A stretch of 64,000 nt of DNA. Origin: a virus. Position numbers and translations under genes: made by a program. Shown piece by piece: positions 48,461 through 58,040 of this stretch; position 1 is the stretch's first letter; every line of letters begins with the position of its first letter. The notes under the pieces are model-generated. The model was not told the DNA's origin and searched no databases. It saw nothing but the letters and a program-made list of their open reading frames with translations. Location of the stretch: IMG/VR virus record IMGVR_UViG_3300020122_000503, positions 1-64,000 of that record, one strand, 5' to 3'.

Positions 48461-49366
48461 TCACGTCACACCTCGATGACCTAAGATGTCGTGCTCGCCG
48501 GGGACGAGCTTCCGGAGCTGGATCCACCCATTAAAGTTGCCACAATAGTGGCCAGTACCGACACGAACCCAACCCTCAGCCCATTCGTAACGATCCACCC
48601 GAAACCGATCCAACTCCGACGGCGTCATAGGTCGCGCGGGATGTTCGAGCGGGCTCAAGTGACCAGGCCCAATGAGCCTGTCGTAGAGCGCCAAGTCTTC
48701 CTTCGGATCTCGTTTGCCGTCTTGTGTGAGGTACGAGACGCGAGCGCAGCGCGCGGCGGAGATATTCGCTGGGAAGCCTTCACCGAGCACCTCAAGATTG
48801 AACCCCTCGTCGGCCTCGACGTAGGGCGTGTGCCAATCGCCGTAGTTCACAGGATGCGGCTCGCTTTCTCGTTTGAGCCGCATCATCCACTCCGCGGCCT
48901 TTTGAAACTCGCCCTGTGCCGCCGGGTTCACGCGAAGGTGTTCGAAGTTGTCCCAATCGGTCGCCGTAATCACGGCCGTGTGCCACGAGAACGGCTCGAG
49001 GAGACGGTTCGCGAGCTGCTTGTGGACGCCAAGCTTGGACATTCCACGGCCGTTCTCGATCGCACTGTTCATGACGTTGAACCACATCGTGCGTGCATCG
49101 GCCGCGTCTGCGCCATCGAGCACCTCATCGTGCTGCATCCCCTTTTTGTTCTTGCCAAACTGCTCTGGCACGAACGGATCGGCCTCGACGGCGGCGATGC
49201 GCTTCTCGACCGGGATCGCACGCGAGCTCGCGCTGTTGCGTGAAAGCATCCGGTGCGTATTCACTTCGGCGAGCACAATGCGCGGGAAAGTCACCTCAAA
49301 GCTCGTGAGCCGGTGGCCGGCGGGTGAGATCGAATCTGCGAGAATCTTTGCGTTGTAAGCCATCAT
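48461..49366 (-). CDS. thyX: FAD-dependent thymidylate synthase (phage-type ThyX/Thy1)
   Basis: EVNTHRMLSRNSASSRAIP, HKQLANRLLEPF, SAARCARVSY, HLSPLEH. Confidence 0.85.
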   Translation of the reverse strand: MMAYNAKILADSISPAGHRLTSFEVTFPRIVLAEVNTHRMLSRNSASSRAIPVEKRIAAVEADPFVPEQFGKNKKGMQHDEVLDGADAADARTMWFNVMNSAIENGRGMSKLGVHKQLANRLLEPFSWHTAVITATDWDNFEHLRVNPAAQGEFQKAAEWMMRLKRESEPHPVNYGDWHTPYVEADEGFNLEVLGEGFPANISAARCARVSYLTQDGKRDPKEDLALYDRLIGPGHLSPLEHPARPMTPSELDRFRVDRYEWAEGWVRVGTGHYCGNFNGWIQLRKLVPGEHDILGHRGVT

Positions 49367-49821
49367 TTTCTCCTATCGCTCGGCGTCCAGCCGAGGTTCG
49401 CTGCAACGGTAATGCGCTCGTGTTCGACTTGAGGCACCCAATGTAGACGTCGACCGTCAAACACGACGAGCTGTCCTGCCTGATCCGGCACGACGACATC
49501 AGGCTCTAGGTGCAACGCCCCGCTACCGACGATGCACCACACCGCCACGGTCGCGTGCCCGGTGTGATTGTGCGGTGCGTACTTGGCCCCGGGCGGCAGC
49601 ACGGTCGCCCAACAGACGTCTTTTTTGGTGGCGACAATCTTCTCGTGCTCTAACCGACCGAGCATAGCTTCGCCGAGCCAACCTTGACCGACTCGAAACC
49701 GCGACGTGTGTCGACCGTTGATCGAATGCATGCTGGATTGCGGCCACGCCTCGCGACGGATCCGATCGGCAAGATCGTCGAGGGCGCACTCGTTCGGCGC
49801 AAAAATGATCAAACCCTTCAC
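49363..49821 (-). CDS. 2OG-Fe(II)/cupin-fold protein
   Basis: WATVL, PHNH, GQLVVFDG..LHWV, RITVAAN. Confidence 0.65.
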   Translation of the reverse strand: MKGLIIFAPNECALDDLADRIRREAWPQSSMHSINGRHTSRFRVGQGWLGEAMLGRLEHEKIVATKKDVCWATVLPPGAKYAPHNHTGHATVAVWCIVGSGALHLEPDVVVPDQAGQLVVFDGRRLHWVPQVEHERITVAANLGWTPSDRRK

Positions 49822-50075
49822 GGATTTTCGATTCCTTGATCCATCCCCCACACATCGGTGCCCACGAAAGTCACCGACTGCGAGCCAGGAGGCTTTGGAA
49901 AATGAAAAGGCTTCGGAAAGTAAAAATAACCCGGACGCAACGAACGCACCGGAAGGATCAAGTTTCCCGCCTCTGATACGACGGGGCTCTTCGAACACGA
50001 AAACGGCGCTTCGATCATCACCTCCGCGTCCGGCGGAAGTTGTTGAAGGAGCTCGATGGCTCTGCGAACGTTCAT
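49818..50075 (-). CDS. small phage protein
   Basis: MNVRRAIELLQQLPPDAEV pattern; coupled at both ends. Confidence 0.55.
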   Translation of the reverse strand: MNVRRAIELLQQLPPDAEVMIEAPFSCSKSPVVSEAGNLILPVRSLRPGYFYFPKPFHFPKPPGSQSVTFVGTDVWGMDQGIENP

Positions 50076-50818
50076 TTGTCGATCCAATCCGCAACCAGAT
50101 CGTCGACGGCTTTACCGAGCCAATCGAGCCCCTTGTTGTTGAGTATTATTCCGTCGAAAAGCTCGTCTTGCATCGACGTCTGCTCGGTCTCGCTCCGATG
50201 CTGCCCGGCGCCTCCTTTCAAACCCGCGTTTTGACGAACGATGCGGATGAGTTTGCCACCGTGAGCGCGAATGGCCTCGAGCTCGTTCTTGAAGCGGACG
50301 TCGGGGATGACGACGCTCGTCTGCCAGTTCTCATCGCCCGGACGCCAAACGTGTTCGAGCCCGTGGATCTGGGTGTAGTTGTAACCGCCCTCCACGTTGA
50401 GCTTCTTCGCCACGTTGAGCGCGTAGTCGACCCAAGTGTTCGGATAGCAGACGCGGCCCCATTCGCTCCCTAGCTGTTGAAGCGCGAACCTGGGCGTGAG
50501 AAAGCACGGGCGTTTTCGGGATTCTTCTTGGAAAGAGGGCAACGACCGCCAAGCTTCCCCTCCGAAGTCGACACCGCAGCACGCGCATCGATCTGATCTA
50601 AACGGGCCGTGCTCGCGCGGATACCGCTCGTCGGGCGCGTTCCTCGCTTCGCTAGGACCCCACATCTGATCGAACGAGAAGCCGTAGACGTCTCGCGCGA
50701 TCCGTTTCATGGGGTCCGCGAAACTCACTTTCGTGAAGTTGAAGTCGTAGTTTCGCACGAGTAAGTCCGCACACGTGTCCTTGCCGCTCCCCGCCAAACC
50801 AGAAATGCCGATCAACAA
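50072..50818 (-). CDS. deoxynucleoside monophosphate kinase
   Basis: GISGLAGSGKDT, FADPMK, PRFALQQLGSEWGR, PDVRFKNE, HRSE. Confidence 0.85.
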   Translation of the reverse strand: MLIGISGLAGSGKDTCADLLVRNYDFNFTKVSFADPMKRIARDVYGFSFDQMWGPSEARNAPDERYPREHGPFRSDRCACCGVDFGGEAWRSLPSFQEESRKRPCFLTPRFALQQLGSEWGRVCYPNTWVDYALNVAKKLNVEGGYNYTQIHGLEHVWRPGDENWQTSVVIPDVRFKNELEAIRAHGGKLIRIVRQNAGLKGGAGQHRSETEQTSMQDELFDGIILNNKGLDWLGKAVDDLVADWIDK

Positions 50819-51150
50819 GATGAACCTCCTTCCGGCGGCGTAGCCGGCACGTAATCGTGCCCCTCGCCGAGATCGGTCGAGTGTCTGCCCTCGCGTGCGG
50901 ACTTGCCGCAGACGGCGCAGGGCGGCCAGGAGTCGGTGGGATCTACGCCCGGCGTCCCGCCTTGCTCTTCACGCCACGCGATGTACGCGGCGTTCTCCTC
51001 GAGCACGGCCTGAGCGACTCCTTCAATGACGAGCTTCTGCCCTCTGTCCGGTTGCACGAGCAGCGAGCCGTCAGTGCGAAGGACAGCGATCCCGTTCGGA
51101 GCACCGCCGGTGTAGGTCGTCGTGAAAGCGCGTTCGCTCTTGAGCATCAC
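50812..51150 (-). CDS. hypothetical protein
   Basis: CAVCG...H...HDY; coupled ORF. Confidence 0.5.
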   Translation of the reverse strand: MMLKSERAFTTTYTGGAPNGIAVLRTDGSLLVQPDRGQKLVIEGVAQAVLEENAAYIAWREEQGGTPGVDPTDSWPPCAVCGKSAREGRHSTDLGEGHDYVPATPPEGGSSC

Positions 51151-51407
51151 CGCACCTTCGGAGCAAGTCCGGCGAGCGCTTTCACTACGGCCGCGTCACG
51201 CCGAAACAGATACTGATCACCGTAGGAGTAGTCCAAGGAATGTTCTGCTGATCGAAAGATGGCTCGGGACGCCATCTCGAGTGCCGCGATCGCAACGAGC
51301 GGTGCTCTGTCCGTCTTTTGCTCTAGTAGTTGGATGAGCTGTGGAACGAGCTGCGCTGCTTCGGTCAGAACTCGCTCGACCTCTACTTCGACTTCGTCGC
51401 TGCTCAT
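51147..51407 (-). CDS. hypothetical protein
   Basis: MSSDEVEV start in an ATGA overlap. Confidence 0.5.
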   Translation of the reverse strand: MSSDEVEVEVERVLTEAAQLVPQLIQLLEQKTDRAPLVAIAALEMASRAIFRSAEHSLDYSYGDQYLFRRDAAVVKALAGLAPKVR

Positions 51408-51784
51408 CGCGGCTTCCCCGACGTCGCCTCGCGCTTCTCGGCTTGCCGCCGACGAACGCGCTCGATGACTTCCGGTTGGTGAATGCGCACGAGCTCCTTC
51501 GCGAAGGCGTGCTCCACATCGACGCCGACCGACGACGCGACGCCGTAGAGCGTCACCATGCAGCCAGCGATCTCTCGCTGCACTTCGCCGACGGGGCGGC
51601 TGAAAACGTAGTCGACGAGGCGGTGCAGCTCGTCGGCGCCGACGCCGAGCACTTGCGCGAGCTCGACAGATTCCTCGACGAGGCGGAGCGATCGCTCCGG
51701 ACCGTTCGCCGCGGACTCTTCGCCGAGCGCTTGTCGAATCCACTCGGCGACGAGCTTTTGGTGGTTCAGGTGGTTCAGATTCAT
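51404..51784 (-). CDS. MazG-like NTP pyrophosphatase-fold protein
   Basis: ERSLRLVEESVELAQ...YVFSRPVGEVQREIAG. Confidence 0.6.
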   Translation of the reverse strand: MNLNHLNHQKLVAEWIRQALGEESAANGPERSLRLVEESVELAQVLGVGADELHRLVDYVFSRPVGEVQREIAGCMVTLYGVASSVGVDVEHAFAKELVRIHQPEVIERVRRRQAEKREATSGKPR

Positions 51785-52164
51785 CGAGGCCTCCCGCTGT
51801 TCGCGAACTTCTCCTGCGCATCGATCGCAAGGTCGAGACACTCGAGCACGTCGAGGCCGAGGTCGTCGATCCAGCGAAGGGTCGAGAAGATAATGTTGCC
51901 GAGCTCTTTCTTGAGCTCGTTGTTGACCGTTATCGCAACAGCCCCGTGGCTGAGGTTCAAAGGAATAGGTCCGTGGTCGCGTGCAAGCCGCGCAATATCC
52001 CCGACACCAACCACGAGCCGCACGACTATCTGTGGAAGCGTGAGTCCGTCGCTGACGGGGCCCCAGATCTGCCGCGCTTGCACTTTGAGCGCCAAGAGCC
52101 CCGTGCGCACGTCCGCGCGGATCTGCGGGTGCTTTCGAATATCGATTTCCATTCTGTCGTTCAT
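51781..52164 (-). CDS. MazG-like helical protein
   Basis: VGVGDIAR...ELKKELGNII. Confidence 0.45.
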   Translation of the reverse strand: MNDRMEIDIRKHPQIRADVRTGLLALKVQARQIWGPVSDGLTLPQIVVRLVVGVGDIARLARDHGPIPLNLSHGAVAITVNNELKKELGNIIFSTLRWIDDLGLDVLECLDLAIDAQEKFANSGRPR

Positions 52165-52472
52165 AGATCGTTGTCCTTTGCGTATTTTTCCCACCCCGGA
52201 GGCACCGGCGTCGGAAGCCCAGGCTTCGGTAAAAGCCGCCAAGTAGGGCGGCCAAGCGGATTGGAACTCAACTCCCAAAAAGTTCCGTCATCGCACGCAC
52301 AAAAAAGCCGCTCACCCGCCGGGATCAGTTGAAGGATGTTCCGCGGCTGTTGGGCTTCTTCAATTGTCATGCCGGTGGCGCTCGGGATCTTGGCGCGCGC
52401 CTTCCGAATGACCGCGACTGGGATCGTGTACTCTTCGGCGCACTCGTCACCGCGGAAACGACGGATCGTCAC
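52161..52472 (-). CDS. hypothetical protein
   Basis: GTG at 52472 in a GTGA overlap; LFCACDDGTFWEL...WRLLP. Confidence 0.5.
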   Translation of the reverse strand: MTIRRFRGDECAEEYTIPVAVIRKARAKIPSATGMTIEEAQQPRNILQLIPAGERLFCACDDGTFWELSSNPLGRPTWRLLPKPGLPTPVPPGWEKYAKDNDL

Positions 52473-53113
52473 GTCGCCGCAGACTCGACGCACAAATGAA
52501 AAAAGTCGTTCTTGCCGTACAGCGTCGAAAACGATGCGCGATTTGCAAACGAACGGCACAAGAGGCAGGTACAAAGCAGAGTTTGCACATCGACCACGAC
52601 CATCGCCGTCAGACGTTCCGAGATTTGATTTGCGGTCCGTGCAATACCGGTCTCGGCCAATTCGGCGACAACCCGAAGCGGCTGATCCGCGCCGCTGAGT
52701 ATTTGCTCAAACACCGAGGCGCTCCCAACAAGAAGAACCCATCCCCCGTGAAATCGACAAGGGGTCCGTAAGTCTTCTTCCGCACGCCCCACGGCGCTCG
52801 GAGCGTCTTCGGAGATGCGACTCTTCTTACCGTGCACGAACCTCTGACCTTCGAAGATGCAGCCAAGGTACGTGTAGTCGCCGTCGTTGTTTGAACCGGT
52901 GAGCACCGACACGAAGTGCGGAGGCGCTCGGTCGTCGCCCTGGCGAGCTTCGGCAAGCGGCACGCGGTAGGTGAATCGAGTGCCCGTGCGGCGCGATTGG
53001 AAGGTCACGTGGGCGTTGCCGGCGAGCAAAAATTTGACCGTCGCGGCAGGGTCGACAAGCTCGGCTCGGGGGCCCGAACCCTCGTCTGTATTTTCTTGAA
53101 AAGTTGTCGTCAT
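52469..53113 (-). CDS. phage protein (DUF6011-associated N-domain) whose 3' half runs antisense through an endonuclease ORF
   Basis: FLLAGNAHVTFQS..TGTRFTYRV, FVSVLTGSNN..DYTYLG. Confidence 0.55.
   Translation of the reverse strand: MTTTFQENTDEGSGPRAELVDPAATVKFLLAGNAHVTFQSRRTGTRFTYRVPLAEARQGDDRAPPHFVSVLTGSNNDGDYTYLGCIFEGQRFVHGKKSRISEDAPSAVGRAEEDLRTPCRFHGGWVLLVGSASVFEQILSGADQPLRVVAELAETGIARTANQISERLTAMVVVDVQTLLCTCLLCRSFANRASFSTLYGKNDFFHLCVESAAT
52496..52771 (+). CDS. endonuclease VII-like His-Me finger (short or truncated)
   Basis: CAIC, HIDHDH, RDLICGPCNTGLGQFGDN, AAEYL. Confidence 0.7.
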   Translation: MKKVVLAVQRRKRCAICKRTAQEAGTKQSLHIDHDHRRQTFRDLICGPCNTGLGQFGDNPKRLIRAAEYLLKHRGAPNKKNPSPVKSTRGP

Positions 53114-53191
53114 GTTTGCGTTGGACGGAGGGATTTATTTTATTAATTGGTTAAATCGAGACTGGAACTATTAGGCCGCTACTGGAAATAA

Positions 53192-53367
53192 GTGACGATG
53201 GTGACGCAAATGACGATGAAACGGTCGTAGGCGCCAAAAAATAGTGGTGACGATGGTGACGATAACCCCCCTCAATTCTACACGTAGGAGATTTTATTTT
53301 GGTGAGGGGGGTCCGAAAAATTTGGGGCCGACGGCCTTTTCATCGTCATTTGCGTCACCATCGTCAC
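53192..53367. repeat. 30-bp perfect inverted repeat with GTGACGATG iterons; putative replication origin
   Basis: GTGACGATGGTGACGCAAATGACGATGAAA at 53192-53221, its reverse complement at 53338-53367, another partial copy at about 53247; AT-rich tract at 53132-53156. Confidence 0.7.
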
Positions 53368-53377
53368 CTGACCCCTC

Positions 53378-55768
53378 TCACCACGAGATGCGGCCGACGA
53401 ACCACGGGGTGCCGCCCCCTTGCTTGGGTTTGTGGTCGAACCGTCGCCCCCCGACGTTCTTCTTTCGGTACTTCCGGAGCTGCATGCTGACGAGCTTCGT
53501 CGTGAGCTTGTCGGGCGTGCATTCGCAGAGCTCAGCGAGCGCTTCTTTGAGTGCGGCGTGGGCGAACGCCCCGACGTGCATCTCTGAGAGCACGTCGGAA
53601 ACGAGCATGGGTTTGCCGAGTTTCTCCCATTCGATGAGCACGCGCTCTAGAACCCCCAGCTCCGAGTCGCCGCTCTCGACGAGCTCTTTGCGGCCCTCGA
53701 TCGGATCCGGCATGCCCGCCCACACGAGCGCGCCCCTCACGATTCGGCTCCATTGCTCGAAGGAGCCCCACGACGTCAGATTTTGGTTGGGACAACCTGC
53801 GGCGAAGTATCCGCGAAGCACGGTGAGGACGGCGCTCGCGAGCTTCGGTCGTTCGCGGTGTACGTGTGGAAGGATCGGATCGTATTTGAAACCGGTTCGA
53901 TGCTCGGGGTGCTCGAGTGTGGTCTCTAGTTGAACGTGAAGCGCGCGACCGACGAGCTCGTTCGACAAGATGAGGTTTTGCGCTGTCACGAGCCAGAGTG
54001 CTCGCATCGGCATCGCCACCATTTCGCTGACTCCGAGTCGGCGTTCTAGAACGGCCATGCTCGTGATTACGCCTGCTAGCGCTGAAGAATCGAGAGCTCC
54101 TTCGACGTTGTCGAGAAGGACGATAGGGTCGCCGCTGATTGCGAGCGACAAGATCCGTTTTCGCATCTCTTCTTCGTTCGTTTTCGCCGTTCTAGGAAGA
54201 GATCTACCGGAATAAATTTCTCCGATGATGTCTGCGAGATAGGTTGCTCCGACTCGGCGCGCGTTCTTGTCGAGAACACCGAACGGCACGCAGCCGTCGA
54301 TTGTCGGGCGAGCGAACGGTGTAAAGAGCAAAGCCATCCACGCGGAGAAGTGTTCCGAGCTCACAAATGGAAAATCTTGAACGACGTCGTACAAAGTCGC
54401 GATGGCCGTCGTCGCGTCGTCCAAAGTAGGATTGGACGGGATTGGTGGAAAGTTGACGTTCGGTTCGTAGAAAAGTCCCGTCGTGCGATCGTAGCCGGGT
54501 GTGTCGAGCACTGTTCCGTCTGGACGAAGCACCGGGCACTCGGTGATGCCTTCCAAAAACTTGACCCCGGGCCATTCTCCGCGGCAATGAAGCTCCGAGA
54601 GAGGATCGTCCGGAACCCCGCACGAGACTAAAGAGGAATCACCGGTGCTCGTCGTTTTCCAACGCTGAAACGCGCAAGCGTGCGAGATGAGCCCTCTGGT
54701 TCTCGCTTTCGACATCTCGGAGATGATTGGAGCGTTTGCTTCTCGGCGGATCTCGTCCTCTTCTTTGCTCTTATTGGGGTCGCGAAGGATCTGCACGAGC
54801 TTCCAGCCTCTGTTGAACACGTTCGGCAAAGCCGCAAGCGCCGGGAGCATCTGATCTGCGACTTCGAGCTCGTCGAAGCCGACGATGACGGCTACGCGGT
54901 CGCCCGTCGGTTCTTTTCTGGCCGGGAGCCATTTGCGAGCGCGTGTGATGAGCTTCTTCCCGCCGACGCCGCCCCCGAGCGGCCGATCGGCGATGAGTTC
55001 GATGACGCGGTTCCAGCCGGTGACAGGTTCGCCCGAGTCGAGCTTTTCTTTCGTTCCACGAACGGTCGCGGCGCGTTTCTGGGCGGCGTCCGAGCCACCA
55101 ACCCATGCCACGAGAAGAACGAATAGCTCGGTGTGTTCGACGGGCCATCCGTCTCGAAGAAGTCCGCCCCCGAGCGCGAGGCAGAAGTCGTGACGTCCTT
55201 TTTTGGGGAAGTACCGAGCAAGAAGACACGCCGCTGCGAGTACGCCAACGGCGGCTTCTAAGACGGTTCGTTCGATGCGCGGGATCTGCTCGGGGTTGGC
55301 GCCGTCTTCGAAGTCGATGAATTCGCCGCTGACGTGGTGGCTTCCAGGGAACACGGTCTGAACGCCGCCCGTCCGGAGCTCGACGATCGTTTTGCCGGCG
55401 CCGTCGATGTTCGGATCTTCGTACTTGATGTGCTTCGGGACGTCAGAGAAATAGAGCCAGTGCGACGCGCGCTTCGATGCGCGTCCGAACCGCCCCGGTG
55501 TTGGCGGTAAAAGATGCGGTGCGAGGTAGAGCGCTTCGGGACAATCGATGTCGACGTCGCAAAGGCCTTTCGATGGTTCGCCGAGAATGATCCCGATGTT
55601 TTGAGGGACGCCGTTGAAGTAGTGCGGCGCGGTCTCGTGCGTGATCCGTAGGTTCTTCCAGTCCGGGATCGTCGGTCCTTTTTCTCGATACGGAACGGGG
55701 ATTGGGCACAGCCCTAGGTTGATGTAGTCGATCGCGAGATCGAAAACCGAGGGCGGTGATGACGACAC
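53378..55768 (-). CDS. bifunctional primase-polymerase fused to a helicase-like domain
   Basis: GLCPIPV..KGP..W, NIGIILG, DVDID, HWLYF; C-terminal LLDNV Walker B with a degenerate Walker A. Confidence 0.8.
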   Translation of the reverse strand: MSSSPPSVFDLAIDYINLGLCPIPVPYREKGPTIPDWKNLRITHETAPHYFNGVPQNIGIILGEPSKGLCDVDIDCPEALYLAPHLLPPTPGRFGRASKRASHWLYFSDVPKHIKYEDPNIDGAGKTIVELRTGGVQTVFPGSHHVSGEFIDFEDGANPEQIPRIERTVLEAAVGVLAAACLLARYFPKKGRHDFCLALGGGLLRDGWPVEHTELFVLLVAWVGGSDAAQKRAATVRGTKEKLDSGEPVTGWNRVIELIADRPLGGGVGGKKLITRARKWLPARKEPTGDRVAVIVGFDELEVADQMLPALAALPNVFNRGWKLVQILRDPNKSKEEDEIRREANAPIISEMSKARTRGLISHACAFQRWKTTSTGDSSLVSCGVPDDPLSELHCRGEWPGVKFLEGITECPVLRPDGTVLDTPGYDRTTGLFYEPNVNFPPIPSNPTLDDATTAIATLYDVVQDFPFVSSEHFSAWMALLFTPFARPTIDGCVPFGVLDKNARRVGATYLADIIGEIYSGRSLPRTAKTNEEEMRKRILSLAISGDPIVLLDNVEGALDSSALAGVITSMAVLERRLGVSEMVAMPMRALWLVTAQNLILSNELVGRALHVQLETTLEHPEHRTGFKYDPILPHVHRERPKLASAVLTVLRGYFAAGCPNQNLTSWGSFEQWSRIVRGALVWAGMPDPIEGRKELVESGDSELGVLERVLIEWEKLGKPMLVSDVLSEMHVGAFAHAALKEALAELCECTPDKLTTKLVSMQLRKYRKKNVGGRRFDHKPKQGGGTPWFVGRISW

Positions 55769-55873
55769 GCGGGGAGGGCCTCCAAGAACGTGATCGGTCG
55801 AGGATTCGCGAAGGCGCGAAAATCTCGGAACACGGACCCTAGACCTTTCGTTCCGTCCTCGTCAAGAGGGGGT

Positions 55874-55902
55874 TTGCAACGTCCGTAAACATTTGTTATG
55901 GT
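55874..55902 (+). promoter_or_regulatory. sigma70-type promoter
   Basis: TTGCAA, 17 nt spacer, TGn-TATGGT; 9 nt before the ATG at 55912. Confidence 0.55.
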
Positions 55903-55911
55903 CTGCCTTCG

Positions 55912-56094
55912 ATGGCCCGAGAAAAAGAAACCGACGTCATGGTTGCCACGCGAGTGAGCAAGTCGCTCTACGTCAAGATCTTGAAACGCCAACGGGAGTT
56001 GAAGAAGCTCACCGGCATCGAACCCAGCGTTAGTGCCGTCTTACGCGCGATGATTGCAGAAGCGGCGTCTGGTCGTCGTCATCAGGCGGCGTGA
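55912..56094 (+). CDS. small RHH-like regulator
   Basis: VATRVSKSLY...SVSAVLRAMI. Confidence 0.6.
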   Translation: MAREKETDVMVATRVSKSLYVKILKRQRELKKLTGIEPSVSAVLRAMIAEAASGRRHQAA

Positions 56095-56546
56095 ACGTGA
56101 AGCGAAAAAGTATTTACTTTATTCAACGAGGCGTCGACGGACCAATCAAAATAGGAGTCGCTGCCGATCCTTATGAACGTCTTTCGTCACTTCAGACAGC
56201 TTCTCCGGAGAAGTTGATTTTGCTTGGGTGTGTTCGTGGTTCCGAGACCGGTATGCATCAAAAATTTCGAAAGCACCGCATTTCTGGAGAGTGGTTCAAG
56301 CCGCACAAAGACGTTCTTCGATTTGTCCGTTTGCGTACTTTTGTGCCATCGCGCCGACGTGCTGGCACAATAATCAAGGTTCTGGTTCCGGATCATCTTC
56401 AGGATCCTATTGAACAAGAACGCAAACGTATGAGTTTTGCGAGAGAAAAAGAAACTAAGGCGAGTGCGGTCGTCCGAGCGTGTCTCGAGGAGTGCCTGCT
56501 CGGTAAACCCCGGCCTGTTCTCTCTGTCTCTAGAGAAAAAACTTGA
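56091..56546 (+). CDS. GIY-YIG (T5orf172/MUG113-like) protein with RHH-like tail
   Basis: IYFIQ, IKIGV, RLSSLQTASP, HQKF, GEWF. Confidence 0.8.
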   Translation: MNVKRKSIYFIQRGVDGPIKIGVAADPYERLSSLQTASPEKLILLGCVRGSETGMHQKFRKHRISGEWFKPHKDVLRFVRLRTFVPSRRRAGTIIKVLVPDHLQDPIEQERKRMSFAREKETKASAVVRACLEECLLGKPRPVLSVSREKT

Positions 56547-56579
56547 CGGTTTGATTGGTGTGAGCGAGATTGCTGCGAG

Positions 56580-58040
56580 ATGGGTGCGCTCTTCGTTTCG
56601 GCGTCCGAGATTGAGCTGTACGACCTGTGCCCCAGGAAATGGGCGTTTGCATATTTAGAAGGGCTGCGCCCGCCTCCGAACGAGTCCGCTGCTCTCGGCA
56701 CGCGCGTGCACAAGATTCTAGAGCAGTGGCTCAAGGACGGAACGGCTCCTGACCTACTAACGAACGAAGGCGAGATCGCTGCGAGCGGTCTTCATCTTCT
56801 GCCGCCGCCTCGGACGCCGACGCTTGTTACTGAGGAGCAGTTCAGCTTCACCTCTAGAAGGGCTTGGTATTCGGGATACAAAGATTTTCGATACCGCGAC
56901 GCAAACGGGCTCCTACACGTGGGGGATCACAAAACTACAAAATCTGCCACTTGGATGAAGACGACGGACGAGATTCTGGCTCACCCCCAAGCTTTGATCT
57001 ACAGCGTCGATGAGTTCTTTCGAAACCCGCAGGACGATCGTCTGTCGCTCGATTGGATCTACTATAAGACGACCGGCTCACGAAAAGCCGAACCTCGTTT
57101 TCAGATCGTGACCAAGCAAACGGTCGCTGAGATGTTTTTCGAGCACGTCGATCCAGTCGCCGGGCAGATCACGGCGCTCCACGACACGCCGCCTGGCACG
57201 TCCGCGCTCGAGTTCCCTCCCGACTTCCGAGCCTGTGAGGCTTTCGGAGGTTGCGCGTTCCTTTCGATTTGTAACCCAACCCCAACCCAGAGAATTCAAG
57301 CAACCATGACCCAAGCCGGACTTTCCCTCACTGACAAACTTAAGGCGATGAAGAACAACCGAGCTCCGAGCCCGATCCATCCCCCGGAGGCGTTTCAGGC
57401 GCCGGCCCCGGCGGTGGCAGCTCAGATGCCTCAGATGCCCGCAATGGCGCCTCAGGCTTCGCCGATGCAATTCACCCTTCCGACGCCTCAGGGCGCGCCC
57501 GTGGCGCCGCAGGCGGTCGTGCCGGTGCAGCAACAGTTCTATCCTCCTGTCGAGGCTCAGGCGGCGCCACAGGTGCCCTTTCAGCCTGTGGCAGGGCCAG
57601 GGATGGCTCCTCAGGTGCCTTTCCAACCTGTGCCCCAACCCCCGCCCGCACCGGCAGCCACGCCCGAGCCCCCGGCCGCTCCCAAGAAGGCGCGAGGACG
57701 CCCTAAGGGTTCGACGGCCGAGGCCGCCTTGAGCAACGGCGGTTTCATACTCTACGTCGGCTGCGCACCGATCGGTTGCAACGTGACGAACGCTCTCGAG
57801 TACGTGAACGCTGCGCACGATCAGTTGAGAGCAGCGCGTGGTGTTACTCACTACCGGGAAATGGAATTCGGCAAAGGACCGGGCGAGCTCTGTGCGGCGC
57901 TCGAGGCGCTCCTCGCGCTCTGTGAAGGAACGCCGAACGCGCCCACGGGTGACGTCGTGCTCGGCGGCGCGCAGATCGAGGAAGACACGGCGTCGGTTTG
58001 GTTCTCGAAGGCGGCAAAAATCGTGAGAGCGTTTCGATGA
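56580..58040 (+). CDS. PD-(D/E)XK (RecB/Cas4-like) exonuclease with Pro/Gln linker
   Basis: SASEI..Y..CPRKW, GTRVH, GYKD, DHKTT, QALIY, C...C...C cluster. Confidence 0.8.
   Translation: MGALFVSASEIELYDLCPRKWAFAYLEGLRPPPNESAALGTRVHKILEQWLKDGTAPDLLTNEGEIAASGLHLLPPPRTPTLVTEEQFSFTSRRAWYSGYKDFRYRDANGLLHVGDHKTTKSATWMKTTDEILAHPQALIYSVDEFFRNPQDDRLSLDWIYYKTTGSRKAEPRFQIVTKQTVAEMFFEHVDPVAGQITALHDTPPGTSALEFPPDFRACEAFGGCAFLSICNPTPTQRIQATMTQAGLSLTDKLKAMKNNRAPSPIHPPEAFQAPAPAVAAQMPQMPAMAPQASPMQFTLPTPQGAPVAPQAVVPVQQQFYPPVEAQAAPQVPFQPVAGPGMAPQVPFQPVPQPPPAPAATPEPPAAPKKARGRPKGSTAEAALSNGGFILYVGCAPIGCNVTNALEYVNAAHDQLRAARGVTHYREMEFGKGPGELCAALEALLALCEGTPNAPTGDVVLGGAQIEEDTASVWFSKAAKIVRAFR

Noticed and set aside
56580-58040. 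cas4 of a CRISPR adaptation module
   Set aside because: No cas1 or cas2 is present; such nucleases are routine in phage replication modules.
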